A DNA stretch of 63,703 nt, the filler included, from Sphacelaria rigidula (lineage: Eukaryota): the NCBI GenBank assembly GCA_964200075.2. It is 7 parts of 7 records of this genome, joined end to end, with 100 filler letters (N's around TTAATTAATTAA, not from the genome) between each part and the next. Parts side by side here need not be neighbours in the genome. Positions count along the whole stretch, not along the records: positions 18,232 to 27,246 come from CAXNAA020009509.1; positions 27,347 to 36,361 come from CAXNAA020009510.1; positions 36,462 to 45,475 come from CAXNAA020009512.1; 4 more parts are not named here. The stretch is one strand, 5' to 3'. Each line of letters starts with the position of its first letter. Positions within the stretch are counted from its first letter, which is position 1. The notes beneath the pieces were generated by a model. The model was not told the DNA's origin, ran no database searches, and saw nothing but the letters and a program-made list of their open reading frames with translations. A program made the position numbers and the translations under genes. Below, in pieces: positions 25,165-38,356 of this stretch.

Positions 25165-26004
25165 ATAAATTCTCAAAATCATTATGGAAAAAATTATGGA
25201 AAAATTATTAAAATTCCCACTTTTTGACCCACTAATCCTTAGTAATTTCGGACGGCTCAGCTTTTTTTTTTCGAGCGAGCATCAGCACATCAAGTGCTTT
25301 TCGAAAACCTAACTATAGCATCGTGGGTAACTCCGTTGACGATATACGATCTGCCCCCCACAACGGACTTTACTTATGGCACAGAGGAAGTAGTATAACA
25401 TATAATAATAATGATGATGATATTACTAACAACGACAACGACAAAACGGCTGAGGGGATCAGGCCACCACCCCGGGGGGGGGCACTTAGCATACGAGGCA
25501 CAGGACCCATACATGGGGATGGTTTTTTATAGTCAATTAAATCATATGTGTAAAGCGCGGTTATGGCCGCGAGTTCAAGATCGGGACCTGGCAAACATCG
25601 AGGACCCGTTTAAAATCAGGCGGAAAACTAGACATATGACATGTGCTGTTACACTGTACTGCAGCACAAACATACTCACGCCCTCTCTCATGTGCTGTAG
25701 CTATCATTATTCTGTGGTGCGTTTAGACCTTGCGAAGACGGTTTGGTCTCCGCTGGGATTGCCTGAGCTGCTGTATTGTTATGTTCGTCCCTCAAGAAAG
25801 TAGTATCAGTCGGGACGCAGTGGTGTCTACACGTTGACTGTTGAAAGCTTCATGGTGTGTTGACTATCTCATCTTCCGTAAAACGAACAAGGCGCTGCCC
25901 CGACCCATCATTTGCGCGATACCAAACATGGCTTGGTGAAGACACACAACCCGCGTCGATATAGACCTCTCGAGCGACCCCGTGCTCCGATGATAGGAGC
26001 AACC

Positions 26005-26486
26005 CACAGCACAGTGTGTGATGTCATCCCATCTATTCTGGACGCCGGTCTACACCTATCGATGTATGTGGGCGCACCAGCCGGGGCCACGCAGGAGGAA
26101 GGCCAATACAGGAGTGTAATTAATGAACTATTATTTTGTTCTACTTCTCCACCTTCCTTCTGCGGTGCTTGGCAATATTTTTCATCGCGAGAGGGTTCAG
26201 CAGTCCCTTTCCCTCGTCGATCGTTAACCCTTTGGTGACGCATCGACGTTTTTTGTTTTTGTGAATTGGCATCAAGTTGACTTGAAAATGACTTGAAATG
26301 ATGCCGATTCACAGAAACAAAAATCCTCAGTGGGTTCCAAAAGGGTGAAGCCGAATTGGTAACCACGACATGGTCGCTCCCCACTGTTGGGCATTGTGTG
26401 AGAAAAATCCCAGATCGCTCTGAGATTCAAATCCACGACCTAACCCTCAGAGGTTTCGAGGTTACCAACTGAGCCACCGGGGCGAT
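26005..26486 (-). mobile_element. tRNA-derived SINE interrupted by a piggyBac-like MITE
   Basis: Colinear with 2464-2826 except for the 118-bp insert at TTAA (26228-26345). Confidence 0.75.
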
Positions 26487-28385
26487 ATATACTGCACCAC
26501 CAGGGTACTGATTGCACCCAGCAGCATGACCGCCGCTGCTACTGGCACCGGCACAAGGGCTCGCGGCCACGGCAAGACGCAACCAGCAATACTAGGATGA
26601 GGATATACCAATGTACGAGCATCGCAAAAACCTCATGCGGCCGCAATGTACCACTCGCTGTCTGCTTGTCGGCTTCGTTCATCTACTGCTGCTCTACTCG
26701 TCCCGGCGCAACTATTCCTTCATGTACTGCAGTACATACAATGCACGTGAAACTCAAGTCTGCGAACAAATCACAAATATTTTTCACTGCATAATTCACT
26801 ACAAAGGTCGAAGTTTATTGGCGCTGGATTCCGCCAATTCTTTACTGAAGAGCCTCTGATTTGTTGAATTTTCCGTTTCACTACAAAAATCTATAACCTA
26901 TCCCCATGTATGGGCCCTGTACCACATACGATGACAGTGTCTAAACCATGTGCAGCCCATTACCCCGCAAAAAAAAAAAGCGAGGAAGGGTGTAGGTGCA
27001 GCACACAAGACTGTCAAGGCCTTTTCTTCACTGTCAGCGATTGAATATCCCACCGCTTGGGGTGAACGACTAAGTTGCTCATTTTGACTCTACAAAACGC
27101 ACCGAGGCGTTTTTTTCGCCGGGGCAACCGCTGCGCAATATCCGCATGCGGTGCAATGTTCTGTTCGCTCGCCAACAGGGCCTCACACCGTGCAACGAAC
27201 TGTCGTCAAGAAAAAATAAATGTCGTCAAGGAAAATTCTTTGCATCNNNNNNNNNNNNNNNNNNNNNNNNNNNNNNNNNNNNNNNNNNNNTTAATTAATT
27301 AANNNNNNNNNNNNNNNNNNNNNNNNNNNNNNNNNNNNNNNNNNNNACGACGATCTGACTCGAAATGTCGAGCAACAAAAGGCTCAAAATACCCTCCCCT
27401 CTATCGTAGAATGACTCTCAACTAGTGAAGAAACCAAACACATTTTGGGTACATGCGTATTTTTTTTTCCCATTTTGCCCTAATCATTGCCCATACCAAA
27501 TTCCAGGGTCCAATTCTCAATATGGGCCGACGAATGGGCCTCCAAACTACAAATCCGCCTTTAGGCTGGCCCAGCTCGTGCTTGTTTTCTGAAAAATGCT
27601 GAATCAATCCCGTACGTGCGTTTAAACGACTGCTCGCCATTTTTTTGTCGTATTGCTTCTGTAAGTGGCGAGTTTTTTTTTTAAAGGATTTTCCCATGTT
27701 GCTATCTACTGTGCTACGATGGCCCACCACATACTCCAATCCCTTCCCTGCCTTTGTTGCCCCCCTTTTTTTCTTCAATGTGTGTGATGCTATGCGACTG
27801 CATGCCATTTCTTTCGTGGCACGACATCTTGCAGTACATCGCCCGAACATATATATATATATATATATTCTTTTTTTTTTTCTTACTTGTAACTCTTGCC
27901 ATTTCCCGGAACAAATTCGTGGTGTCGAGGAATCCACCACCATCTCTCTCGATGCACGAGCCTTGGTCTCTACATCCCTAGAATCGGTGTTCGCATGTCC
28001 AACTCCTTATTTTTGTTTCAGTGATGATGCCGTGCCACGAACTATTGTAGGAGACTGTGAAATTCGATTGCGATATTTTGGTTGGATTGTACCGGTGTGA
28101 CTAATGAGACAAAATAAATCAGTATCATCATTGGCATGACGGGCTCGTGGGAGAGGGCGTTGATGAAGTCATAGTGAATTTGGTGCAAGGAGCTGACATG
28201 TGAACGTGGTATTAATTATTGCGTAGTACCATTAAATATGTTTTGATTCTCTTTTGTGAAACGCAAGCCGACCCTGTTTTGGACGAAAACAGTACAGTAC
28301 TAATGCAGAAGAGAACACTAAAGCACCCCCCCCCCCCCCCCCCATCATCCCCCCCCATTATCCCCCACCCGTTTTCTAACGTCAG

Positions 28386-28465
28386 GCAACCTGCGCCTGT
28401 GTGATTTCGGATGGTCGATCGAGGTGGCGGACTACGACATGCGTCAAACTATTTGCGGGACACAG
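28386..28465 (+). CDS. Ser/Thr kinase (Aurora-like) exon: GNLRLCDFGWSIEVADYDMRQTICGTQ
   Basis: The DFGWS motif is typical of Aurora kinases. Boundaries cag| and |gtact. Confidence 0.9.
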
Positions 28466-28835
28466 GTACTTGGCTATTCTGTGTTGTCAACACCGCAGAT
28501 TGTCTTGGCTTGGAAACTACACACACACACACACGCAAACGGCACCATGACGTCTACGGATACATATGAACAATGAACAATGAACAATGGAAAATGTGAT
28601 GACGTTACATGTCATGGTACAGGGTTGTGTAAGCACAAACGTGGTTGGACGTTGGGGATTGCGAGTGATGTTCTCTGCGTTTTTTTTTTTTGCGGCAAGT
28701 TTTGGGTACCTCGAAGAACGCTTGAAGGGCATGCACGTACCGTATGTGCATCTGCTCCCACGATGTGGATTCGTTGTTGTTATTGGCGCTTACGTGCATT
28801 GCTTGATCGGTTTGCTGTTGTCAATTTGTCTGCAG

Positions 28836-28948
28836 GACTACCTGGCTCCAGAAATGCTGATGGAGCGGCCTTACACGACATCGGTGGATCTGTGGGCGGC
28901 AGGGGTAGTGACGTACGAGTTTTTGGTCGGTCGCTCCCCTTTCCGAAG
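28836..28948 (+). CDS. Kinase exon: [37 protein letters not shown]
   Basis: APE and DLW motifs, boundaries tgcag| and |gtggg, phase-consistent with neighbours. Confidence 0.92.
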
Positions 28949-29372
28949 GTGGGATGCTGTCGACAACATGAAAGATTGAGCATAAAATCTACCCACACAC
29001 ACCCCGCGGGGGCCGAACGAGGACACATGGATCAGCGCTGGTTGAGTGAAGGACATATTTTGTCGACTGTAATCCCGACGCTAGGTTAATGTTCATGTCA
29101 ATGAGGAAAAGCCGTCTTTTCTTCTCTGCGTACGTGGAGCTCGAGCGTTTGGATACACGCACCCACACACACACACAGTTGGAAGACAAAATACGGTGGA
29201 AAGTCATGGTTTTGATATTTGTGAAGCATGGGATTTTTTTTCATTATTCCGGTGAGAATGACACATTCACACACTTGCCATGTCTACCTGCGTCGTTTGT
29301 TATATTTTTGTCGCACCTCTCATGTTTTTTTCTGTTTTGTTTCACTTTATGTTTGTTTGTTTTGCTGAGCAG

Positions 29373-29475
29373 CGAGTCCGCGGGAGCAGATACGCTCTCT
29401 AGGATCCAACGCGGGTGTTACGAGTTCCCTGACGAACTCCCGATATCGCCAGAGGCCAAGGACTTCGTTTCCAAG
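29373..29475 (+). CDS. Kinase exon: SESAGADTLSRIQRGCYEFPDELPISPEAKDFVSK
   Basis: Subdomain X/XI (ISPEAKDFV), boundaries cag| and |gtgtg, phase-consistent. Confidence 0.9.
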
Positions 29476-29769
29476 GTGTGATTTTGATTCATGTATGTTT
29501 TATGTTTTCCACACACTGGATAATGGCAACAGATAACGTTGTCGAAAAGTGTACTGCGTACAAACAGTATCGCTCTGGACAGGGTATGGTCAATGGTTAC
29601 AATAGATGAAAAATGTACTGCGTAAAGTATAGGCCTGTTGCAACTATTGATGGCTGTTGACCATATTTTACAGGGTGTGACATGTTACTGATTATTTTGC
29701 AGTTGCTTCCAGTGGAGCCCAGCGACCGCATGACACATACCCTAAATGTTCGTTCCGATTATTCACCAG

Positions 29770-29907
29770 TTGCTTCAAGTGGAGCCCAGCTGCCGCATGA
29801 CTCTGGCCCAGGCCATGGAGCACCCATGGCTGCGCCCGCAGAAAGCTCTGCAGACTTCGCAGAGTACGAAATCAAGTGACGGAGCAAGAGCGACGAGTGC
29901 GGCATAG
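29770..29907 (+). CDS. Kinase terminal exon: LLQVEPSCRMTLAQAMEHPWLRPQKALQTSQSTKSSDGARATSAA*
   Basis: LL..P..R.T...HPW motif, acceptor ccag| and TAG stop at 29905-29907. The N-lobe and HRD exons are not visible on this contig. Confidence 0.85.
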   Translation: MLQVEPSCRMTLAQAMEHPWLRPQKALQTSQSTKSSDGARATSAA

Positions 29908-32900
29908 GTGCTGTTCGTATGCTTTTTTTGGGGGGGGGGGGGGGGGGAGGGGCGGCGGCAGACAAGTGGCGCGCACGCGTTCACCCAAAAACGGAAATGG
30001 AAGGGACGCAAATGGCGGTGGGCAAGGGAGGGGGCAGATGAGGGGGGGGGGGAGGGGGTGACAGGCTCGCTTGCTGTGTCTCGTAAATATGATGCCGGTG
30101 GTGGCTTTGCAGGATCGTGGGTGGGGAAGGGAGGAGAGAAGGGAGAGGTGGGGGTAGGTGACGGTGCTGTCATACTGCTACAGGGATCTTGAGTCGAACG
30201 GTGCAGCTGGTGAGGAGGGATAATGGAGAGTAGGAGGAGAGGTTGTTGTGTATGTGAGTGTGGGTGTGGGTGAGAGTGGGTGTTTTTATTTTTTTCTTGA
30301 TTTCAGAATATACAAATGCATGCATATATCTGTCACATTCTTTGGTTCTCTTTTTTTTTTCCTCATCAAAAAAGATGCGTGTCGTTTTGTATGTACGTGG
30401 GAGAGTTTTTTGCTGTTAATCTATATGCATATATACACATCATATACACAATATATAAAACGCTATGTGATTTGATTTTACTTCTTTTGGTCGCTGTCAT
30501 CATAACGGAAAGAGGGGACAGATGGACGGATGGACGAGACCGATTGACTGATTCGCCTTACCACTTTGCACGTGCACAACAGTGCTTTGCTAAGACTGTT
30601 GGAAGTAGTGCTGGGTGTGGTGAGCAAGTACGCTTGCTGATGCCGTTTACTGCAGTACATACACATGCGTGCGCGCTGTTGGTGGTGCTAGTGAAGGTGA
30701 TAACTGGGCTAGTTGCTGACAGGGGAGTTGTGCCAGCATTTTGCCGTGACCCGTCCTTCGATAGTGGTTGTGTGACAAGGGCGCGCGGGCGGAGGGTTTG
30801 GGGGAAGGAGACGGGGGGTACACTTGCGCTCGTCCTCTGGCCTCGGGTTTTCATTTTTGTCGGAATGTACCGGCGTTCAATTTCACAATCCCGAGGGCTG
30901 TCCTGCTTGTCGGTGAGAGATGCGGCAATCCCGGTGTCATAGTTTTGTTTTGCTTTTAATTTTCGTGTCAGGTGACTGATCACAGACCGAGAAGGGCTAT
31001 ATGCTCTACCTGGTATATGCCCCCCCCCCCCCCCCCCCCCCCCATTTGGACCCCCCCCCGCGGGGGGAGGATTTTTTTTTTTTTTTCAAAAACGGGAAAA
31101 ATGCCACANNNNNNNNNNTTTTTTTTTTTTATTTTTTGCGTAGGGGACTGACAACAGACCGAGAAGGGGTATATGCTCTACCTGGTATATGCCCCCCCCC
31201 CCCCCCTCCCCCTAGTTCGACCTCGCACAGCGGGGGTAGTATTTGTTTATTTCTTTCAAATACGAGAAGAATGACACATGTATGGTTAGGGTGGGGGAAG
31301 GGGGGCGAGGGGGCGGGAGATTTTTCTTACAACAGTGGCGTCATTTCTCGGTGTGTTTATTCGTGATGTTCGTTGTTCTCATTCCTTCTCCAGCAGTCTT
31401 GGAGGTTGTTGGAATGTCCACATGCCGTCTTCTCCGCCCCGCCTCCCTCGCTCGTCTTGAATTTTCAAGAATGCCTTTCTTTTTGGTACCTGCATGTTTA
31501 GTTTTTCGGGAGTGCTACCGACTATCGTAACATCGCTGACCCGTATTTCACATTTATTCTTGTCATCTTCCCTGGATCTACTGGTTCAGTATTGTTTTTT
31601 TTGTCTCCCCCGTAGCTGCTACCGATCCGACCGTAACATTCCTGAATACATGCGCTTGGATTTATTTTTTTGCCATTTTTTTTCTCTCCCCGCTTTCGGA
31701 ACTGCTACTGATGACCGTACCGTTCGTGACATGTGTATATGCGGTGGGTTGCGGTTATTTTTTCAAATGTTTCGCCATTAGGGTCGCCGTAGGTTACATA
31801 TAGGAGTGGAATAAGGCTTGTCGAAGCGAGGCTTATGTGCGGAATATGACGGCCTACAAACATGGGGCTTCGGAGCAATGTCGAAGGGGGAATGGCCGAA
31901 CTGCTACGGCGTTTCCATGTTATGCAGTATCCTATCGCTGACATGGTCTATGAAGAGGAAATGAGGAGGCGTGATGTTGACTTTAGTTACTGGGAGGGAC
32001 GTTGTTGTGTTGTGTAAGCATTCATACATTATCGTACGTACATACATACATGAACATATAGGTATTTTTTATACACGTGAAATACATGTCGCTACGAGCA
32101 GTTTTTCCCCCGAGAATATGGTTCTCAGCTTTCCGGAGCGGGAACTTATCCGGCGGTGTGCTCGACAAGAGATGACGTTCTTCATTCGGCTGTTTTTTGG
32201 TTGTCGTTGTCTCTGTTGTAGTGAACCATATGTGCTGGAGTGTCTCGCGTGTTTATTTTTTTTATCGTTCGCTTTCCTACACACACACATATATATATAT
32301 ATATATATTATTGTTTTTTTGTTCACGGTGGTTCGGTCCGCTTAGTTCTCTCTGTGTTCACAAAAATTCATTCTACATTACTTTCACCTGCAGTTAACAG
32401 TATATATACACATGTATACGATCGGCAGCAGCAGGTGTCTTGTTTGTGGTTTTCTCTCAGCGTTGCTTTCTCAGCGGAATAGTTGAAGGCGGCTGCGGGG
32501 GGGAGAAGGAAGGAAAAGAGCTGGAAGGGGGGCACACGCGTCAGAAGTCACTTTCGCAGCGATAGTAGTAGTTGTAGTAGTAATGCTGGTACTGAGTAGT
32601 AGTGGTAGTGGCGGTCGAGAAATAAACTCTACCGCGTTCCCAATTGATCACATCCCCTCGACCCTCACGAAAGTGCTGACGAGGGAGGGCGACGAGGAAG
32701 GGTGCCGTTCGGTGGTTCTTGTGGAAGTCGGCACCATAATTGCGTACTTGGTTTAATGAAACTTCCTCCGTTCAACCGAACCGTCGAGCTGTTTTCGTTT
32801 TTATTTTTTTTGCGTCCGGTCGGTTGAGAGGGTGCTTATGGATGGGTGGATGGATGAGTGGATGGGTGGGTGGGTGGACGTGGTCGATTTCGTGGGTGCT

Positions 32901-33180
32901 GATCGGTTTCTGTGCAAAAATGTGGAAGCGGGAAAAGACGAGGAAAAAACGTTATCGCGGCGATATATACGCGTGCTGCGTGCGTTGTATGCGCTGTATG
33001 CCTATCGTCGGTTGAAGGTGGTTGACAGGGAGTGAAAATGTACATTTTGCGGTGGGGAAGATGCTTTGGTTGGAGGGCGGAGTAAGACGAAGGGCGGGGG
33101 AAGCTTGGGCGGCACACGACAACGACAGGCTGAATTGATATGAACTAATGATACATCGTGACGTGTTATCTTGTTTTCCG

Positions 33181-33203
33181 AACCCTAATCCTAACCCTAA
33201 CCC
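33181..33203 (+). repeat. Interstitial telomere-like (CCCTAA)n tract
   Basis: aaccctaatcctaaccctaaccc, with a degenerate inverted counterpart at 34371-34414. Confidence 0.6.
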
Positions 33204-35485
33204 AAATACTGATGCGGGGCAGCAGGGGCAGCAGCGGTATTTGTACGACACAACACAGTACATGAGTAGATTTTTGGGCTCGTCAACTCGTCTTTGACCG
33301 GGCAGAGCGGTTAATCTGGGGCCTCGTCACGTTTGAAGCGAACGTGATCCCCTCTTCAACAGATGACCCGACCCACCCTGGCACCTGAAAAGGTTGAATG
33401 GCACTAACTTTCGATAGAATGTTCACCGATAAAATGTTCGCCGACATTACATGGATGTATCGCTTGGCAGCTTGGTGAAATGTCGAGATTACACAGATGA
33501 TGGCTAGATTGATGGGGCAGGGGGTGCTGTCTCCGTACGTTCATTTCGAGCAATATCTGGCTTGGACCCTGCCTCTTACATGCGGGTGGAGGGGTCATAT
33601 TGACCACACGGTTGTACTTGTATATACATGACATGTACGTTCCACCTTACCCAGGAAGGGGGGTGTTATGACAAGTAGCTTCTTGTCCGGTGTGGTGCCA
33701 CGGAGGTGTGATACGTCCCATAGGACCTGCTGTACGGGTGACAGGACTGTCGAGACTGAGTCGAGAAGTTGATGGGTGGACGGGTGGCGGAAGGTTCCTG
33801 TTAACCCAAAAGAGAGGTGGCGATCGTCTCGACAAGAATGGACAGTGTCGGAGGTTCCAGACGGACAGTCCTGGGCGATGAAGTACTCGTTTGCGCGTAG
33901 CACATAGGGAATCGGTGAACACGTACATAATATTTGACCTTCATATTTCTGCTCCGACAATAACCGGTGGTTTTCACGAATGGAAGTGCTCTGCTACTTC
34001 TGCAGACGAGTAAATGAAGATACATGTATCATCGGGAAAAATAACTCACGAATTCCCAAACTACAATGGGAGGCTGAATCTCTGTCAAAATACATGAAAA
34101 ATAACTGTCGTTTTATCAGCAGAGCCTACGAATTGGTGGTGAAACGTGGTTGATTCGGTTCACTAGATTTTTTAATGAAAACCGATATTTGGATCTTGAG
34201 AGGAACGGACAGTCCCAAGTGCTCCTATTATAGCTTGCCGGCCGGGATATGTTTTTGTCCAAGTCGGCGCCTGCGGCGCCGATTTGAGGTTTTCCAACGC
34301 ACGCTTCGCCTGGAGCAACCTTCGCACCTCCCTTGCCCGACAGTTCTCGTTTGTCTTGGTTGAGGTCGCGTTGGGGTCGGGGTCAGGATCAGGGTTAGCG
34401 TGAGTTCGAAACAATCAATTTTTAAGAACGCGCTGTCAATCATGTTTGACGAACAATTCGTGAGCACGGCTACGTCTTTTTGATATGTGTCACCCGTTCA
34501 TCGATTGATCCTCAAAAGCTGATCTCAGCTGATAGTGCGAGTATCGCACCACTCAATGCATCTCTGGGTAGTCCAGATGATACAACAGCGGATCCTAATT
34601 TTGGGGTTGATCTACAAAATGGGGTTCAAGTGGCGTATCTTTTTTGCAGGGATGGCGCAAGACAGTTACACAGAGCGAAGCCACCTTTCCTCCCAAATGT
34701 CTGCAGCAGTTGAGCAGTTAGTTGTGGCTAGGTGCACCCAACGAGTGCGGTGTACACGCGTGTCGATAACGATATCACCAGAGAGAGGAGTAACGACAGA
34801 GAGGAAACTCCTCGCCCGTGTCCTTTGTGTGTCCTCGCTCGGCGATTACCGATCGTCCGAGAGACTGGCATCATGCATGTTACCAGCATGTACCCAATTT
34901 CTCATGTGCCGGTAGGCATGTTATATTGCTGCACAGCGCCCCAAAGAACGTCGAGGTGCGAAGGGATCTCGTCTCTTTTTGTGGAGCTCACCAATGCAAA
35001 TATCGATTTCTCTCTGCCTCCATTTTTGGACAGGACGCGCCTCTGTGCGCTGCACAACGTGTACACGTCGTTGAAAAACAGGACGATGTTCCCGTCACCG
35101 CTATTGTTGTCCATCACACACATGCCAGCAAGGACAGTGCTACGGCAGTAGCAGATCCAATTTGAACTTGGGGAGTGTTATTCATGGTTGATTCTACCCG
35201 ACTTGTGGCCCTCTGGATGCGCGACGACAAGAGCATTCCACACGCCAGTTGGGAGGGGTGTATGAGAGATCAAACACGTGGGGAGACCTTCTTGACGTGT
35301 GGAGTGAAAAAATATACCTACGGTGGTCACCTAACTGTTGCTAGCGTGGCGCATAGGAGTGCCCCCATGCTGCAATCTAGAGCACACACTGGCTGCGTGA
35401 ACACCGCGGTGCAGTAGCTTTCCCGAATTAATTCCGATGTGAGGAGGTCATACATTACAAGCTAGGACGAGATATCCACGAGGAA

Positions 35486-36304
35486 CAAGAGTGCTAAATG
35501 ATCAACCTCTTGTCGTTGCATTTGACACCCACGCCATCAACCGCCGACCGCAAAGGTCTTGTGGCTTTCAAGCAACGCCGTCGGCAGTACGGCAGGCAAA
35601 CCCGATCATAGCTAGCTTTTGTTGCTCTTTTTTACAGTACTGACTGTCGTCTGCATAGAAGTCACCGTAACAACATGCATGCGCCGAAATTCACAACAGC
35701 TGTAAAAGCTGAACAGTTCGATTTTCTCAACTACTTCCACACAATATCAAGACTCTCAAGATCTGACGAAGGGTGGCTTCCCCGTCCCCCCACCAGGTAT
35801 GAAAGAACGACTAACACTGACGGGGGCACAGAGAGTTTCTCTCCCATTAAAATCCGAATTTTCCCACCTGCAAACCGTTCCATGCGCATTACTTTCTAAC
35901 AAGAACGTTAGAATGTCGAGTTCTGTTCGGTTCTGTACTGATTTGGTGTATGCCAATGCCATCAAAGTTTGGTATTGCTGTTCAACAGTATCTTCACACG
36001 TTTGACCGGACCCAAAGCGGTCACGTCCCCTGAGGTCTTGAGAGTCTTGATGTTGTGTGGAAGTACTGTAGTTGAGAAAATCGAACTGTTCAGCTTTTAC
36101 AGCTGTTGTGAATTTCGGCGCATGCATGTTGTTACGGTGACTTCTATGCAGACGACAGTCAGTACAGTATAAAAGAGCAACAAAAGCTAGCTATGATCGG
36201 GTTTGCCTGCCGTACTGCCGACAGCGTTGCTTGAAAGCCACAAGACCTTTGCGGTCGGCGGTTGATGGCGTGGGTGTCAAATGCTTGATCATTTAGCACT
36301 CTTG
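35486..36304. repeat. Long near-perfect inverted repeat (~270-bp arms, ~270-bp spacer)
   Basis: 35486-35764 is the reverse complement of 36032-36304 with few substitutions and two short indels. Confidence 0.92.
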
Positions 36305-38024
36305 CACAGGCACCGTAGGTAAGGTACCGTACCGAGCGTACCCCCGGTATTTACCGGGGTANNNNNNNNNNNNNNNNNNNNNNNNNNNNNNNNNNNNNNN
36401 NNNNNTTAATTAATTAANNNNNNNNNNNNNNNNNNNNNNNNNNNNNNNNNNNNNNNNNNNNAATGCCCATAACTCATGAAAAAAAAAACTTGTGTACGCC
36501 AGTAATTTTTTAATATACCCTCCTCAATGTCCATACCAAATTTCAGGGTCCAGCTCCAAGTATTGGCCGTATAATGGGCCTGCAAACTGCAGAATCGCTT
36601 CTCGGCTGGCCCAGCTCGTACAGTGCTCGTGTTCTGCTGTACAGTTGATGAGTAGTACGATACAAAAACACTGCAGGCAGCAGTAGCAGTAGTAGCGTGG
36701 TGGTCTGTTGTAGAACGGCACAGTAGTATGATATGGTAGCACCTATCGATAGCAAGCAGCTGCTGCATATACAGTCGCCGGTGTATCCAGAGAGAGCACT
36801 CATACACTCGAGCATGCGCAGTGCTTGGCTGGCCGCGAACACCATAATGTCCAGGTTGCTCACAGCGGTCAGTCCACGGCCACGAGTATGCCGTTATCGG
36901 ACGAGTAGATCGCGGTCTTGGACTTCCATCTCTCTCTCCTTGCACTGACGACTTGAGTGTGTGCAAGGTTCGGGCTGCACAAGAGTTGTAATAGGACTGG
37001 CTGTGTCCACAAGAGGCGTTTTCTGTCGAGACGACTTTTGTTTGGCCTTTTTGCTCAGAAAAATGTCGATTACTTCCTGTCTGGAATCGTCGATTTTTCG
37101 TCTTCAACAAGATACTGAGAGTTTTATTTGGCGTTTTTTCTTTCATAAGAAGTGGTCAGCTCTTCCCATGTGTCGAAAAAAAATCTCGGTGAACATTCGA
37201 TATTGCTTTTTTGTCCTTCTGCTCGTTTTACACCCTGCAAGAGGGCTGGGCGGATGTGAAACCTTGGAATGGCTTGCTTTAATAGTTGAGCCCGTTCCAG
37301 GACAACTTCGAGTTTTTCGATGGCCGCAGTGTTTTTCTTGGCTAAATTTGCATTTTCAGTAGCCAACGGTCAACACATAAAAGAGACAAGTACGGCCACC
37401 GGAAAACGCAAATGCATCCTACAACGCTCTCGACGAGTAGAGCAAATCATCCCAAGGTGTCAACATTCGCCTATCATAGCCCTCTTTTAGGGCGTAAAAC
37501 ACGCAGAAGGGCGAAAAGGGCAGTTTTCAACAAGTTTTTTTTTTTTTCCAACACACCAGGCGGTGTCTGAGCACATACGTTTTCGATCGAAATTGGGCGG
37601 CGGAAAACAAAAATCCCGATATGATAGGCCGTAATTTCATCCATCTTGATATCGAAAACATATGTGCTCAGACACCGCCTCAGAAGTGGCCTCAGACAAA
37701 AATCTGGACAGGAAGTGGCAAAAAAATATTTTTGGCGGTTTATGTTTGCCACTACAAACGGCCTTTAAAGAAGAGATCCGTGGCAAAATAATGAAAATAT
37801 TTGTAGGGAAAACGTGGCGGAATCTGCAACTAGACTTGCGCTTGAAACACTGGGATCGTCCGCGTCATCGTACATAGCTTATCGCACCATGGAAGGATGG
37901 AACATAATGCACACCTGTAAAATGCTGTTTTTCACAATACACTGTTACGAAGAGGTGGTGCCAGCAGCACATTTTTCTCGGCTCGTGCGAACGGGGAACA
38001 CTGCGGGGAAGGCAAACAAATGCT

Positions 38025-38232
38025 TTCATGTTGATCCCCTGGAGATGTGCGCCGAACAAGTCTACGGCGGGTCTGTATGTTGTGGATGGAGGAGTATCAT
38101 CGCGGGGTAATGCTTTCGTCGACACCTTGGTTTCCTTGATAATTGTGAATGTCACGCCGCCGAAAGGTGTGTTGATGACGGTATCTCGGAGAAGACGCAA
38201 TTTCTCGAGAGCGCGACGCTTTCTTTCTTGTA
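38025..38232 (-). CDS. Putative exon of an unknown gene (VQEKRRALEKLRLLRDTVINTPFGGVTFTIIKETK...)
   Basis: Acceptor ttcgtag| in phase with the upstream exon. The 3' boundary is uncertain. Confidence 0.35.
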
Positions 38233-38356
38233 CTACGAAGATAACCGAGGTTGGACGACGTATACATCCGGGGGTGTTATACTACGTCACCAACCAAACT
38301 GTCGTGTATTTGTTCTTAAACATGTCATGGACATCCCATAAGACGAGTCAACTTAC

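Noticed and set aside
30980..31210. Tandem duplication of acagaccgagaaggg...tatatgccccc
   Set aside because: The copies flank a 10-N gap amid low-quality homopolymers, so this is most likely a contig-overlap artefact.
35675..36127. Two convergent ORFs both starting MHAPKFTTAVKAEQFDFLNY
   Set aside because: A trivial consequence of the inverted repeat, with no coding evidence.
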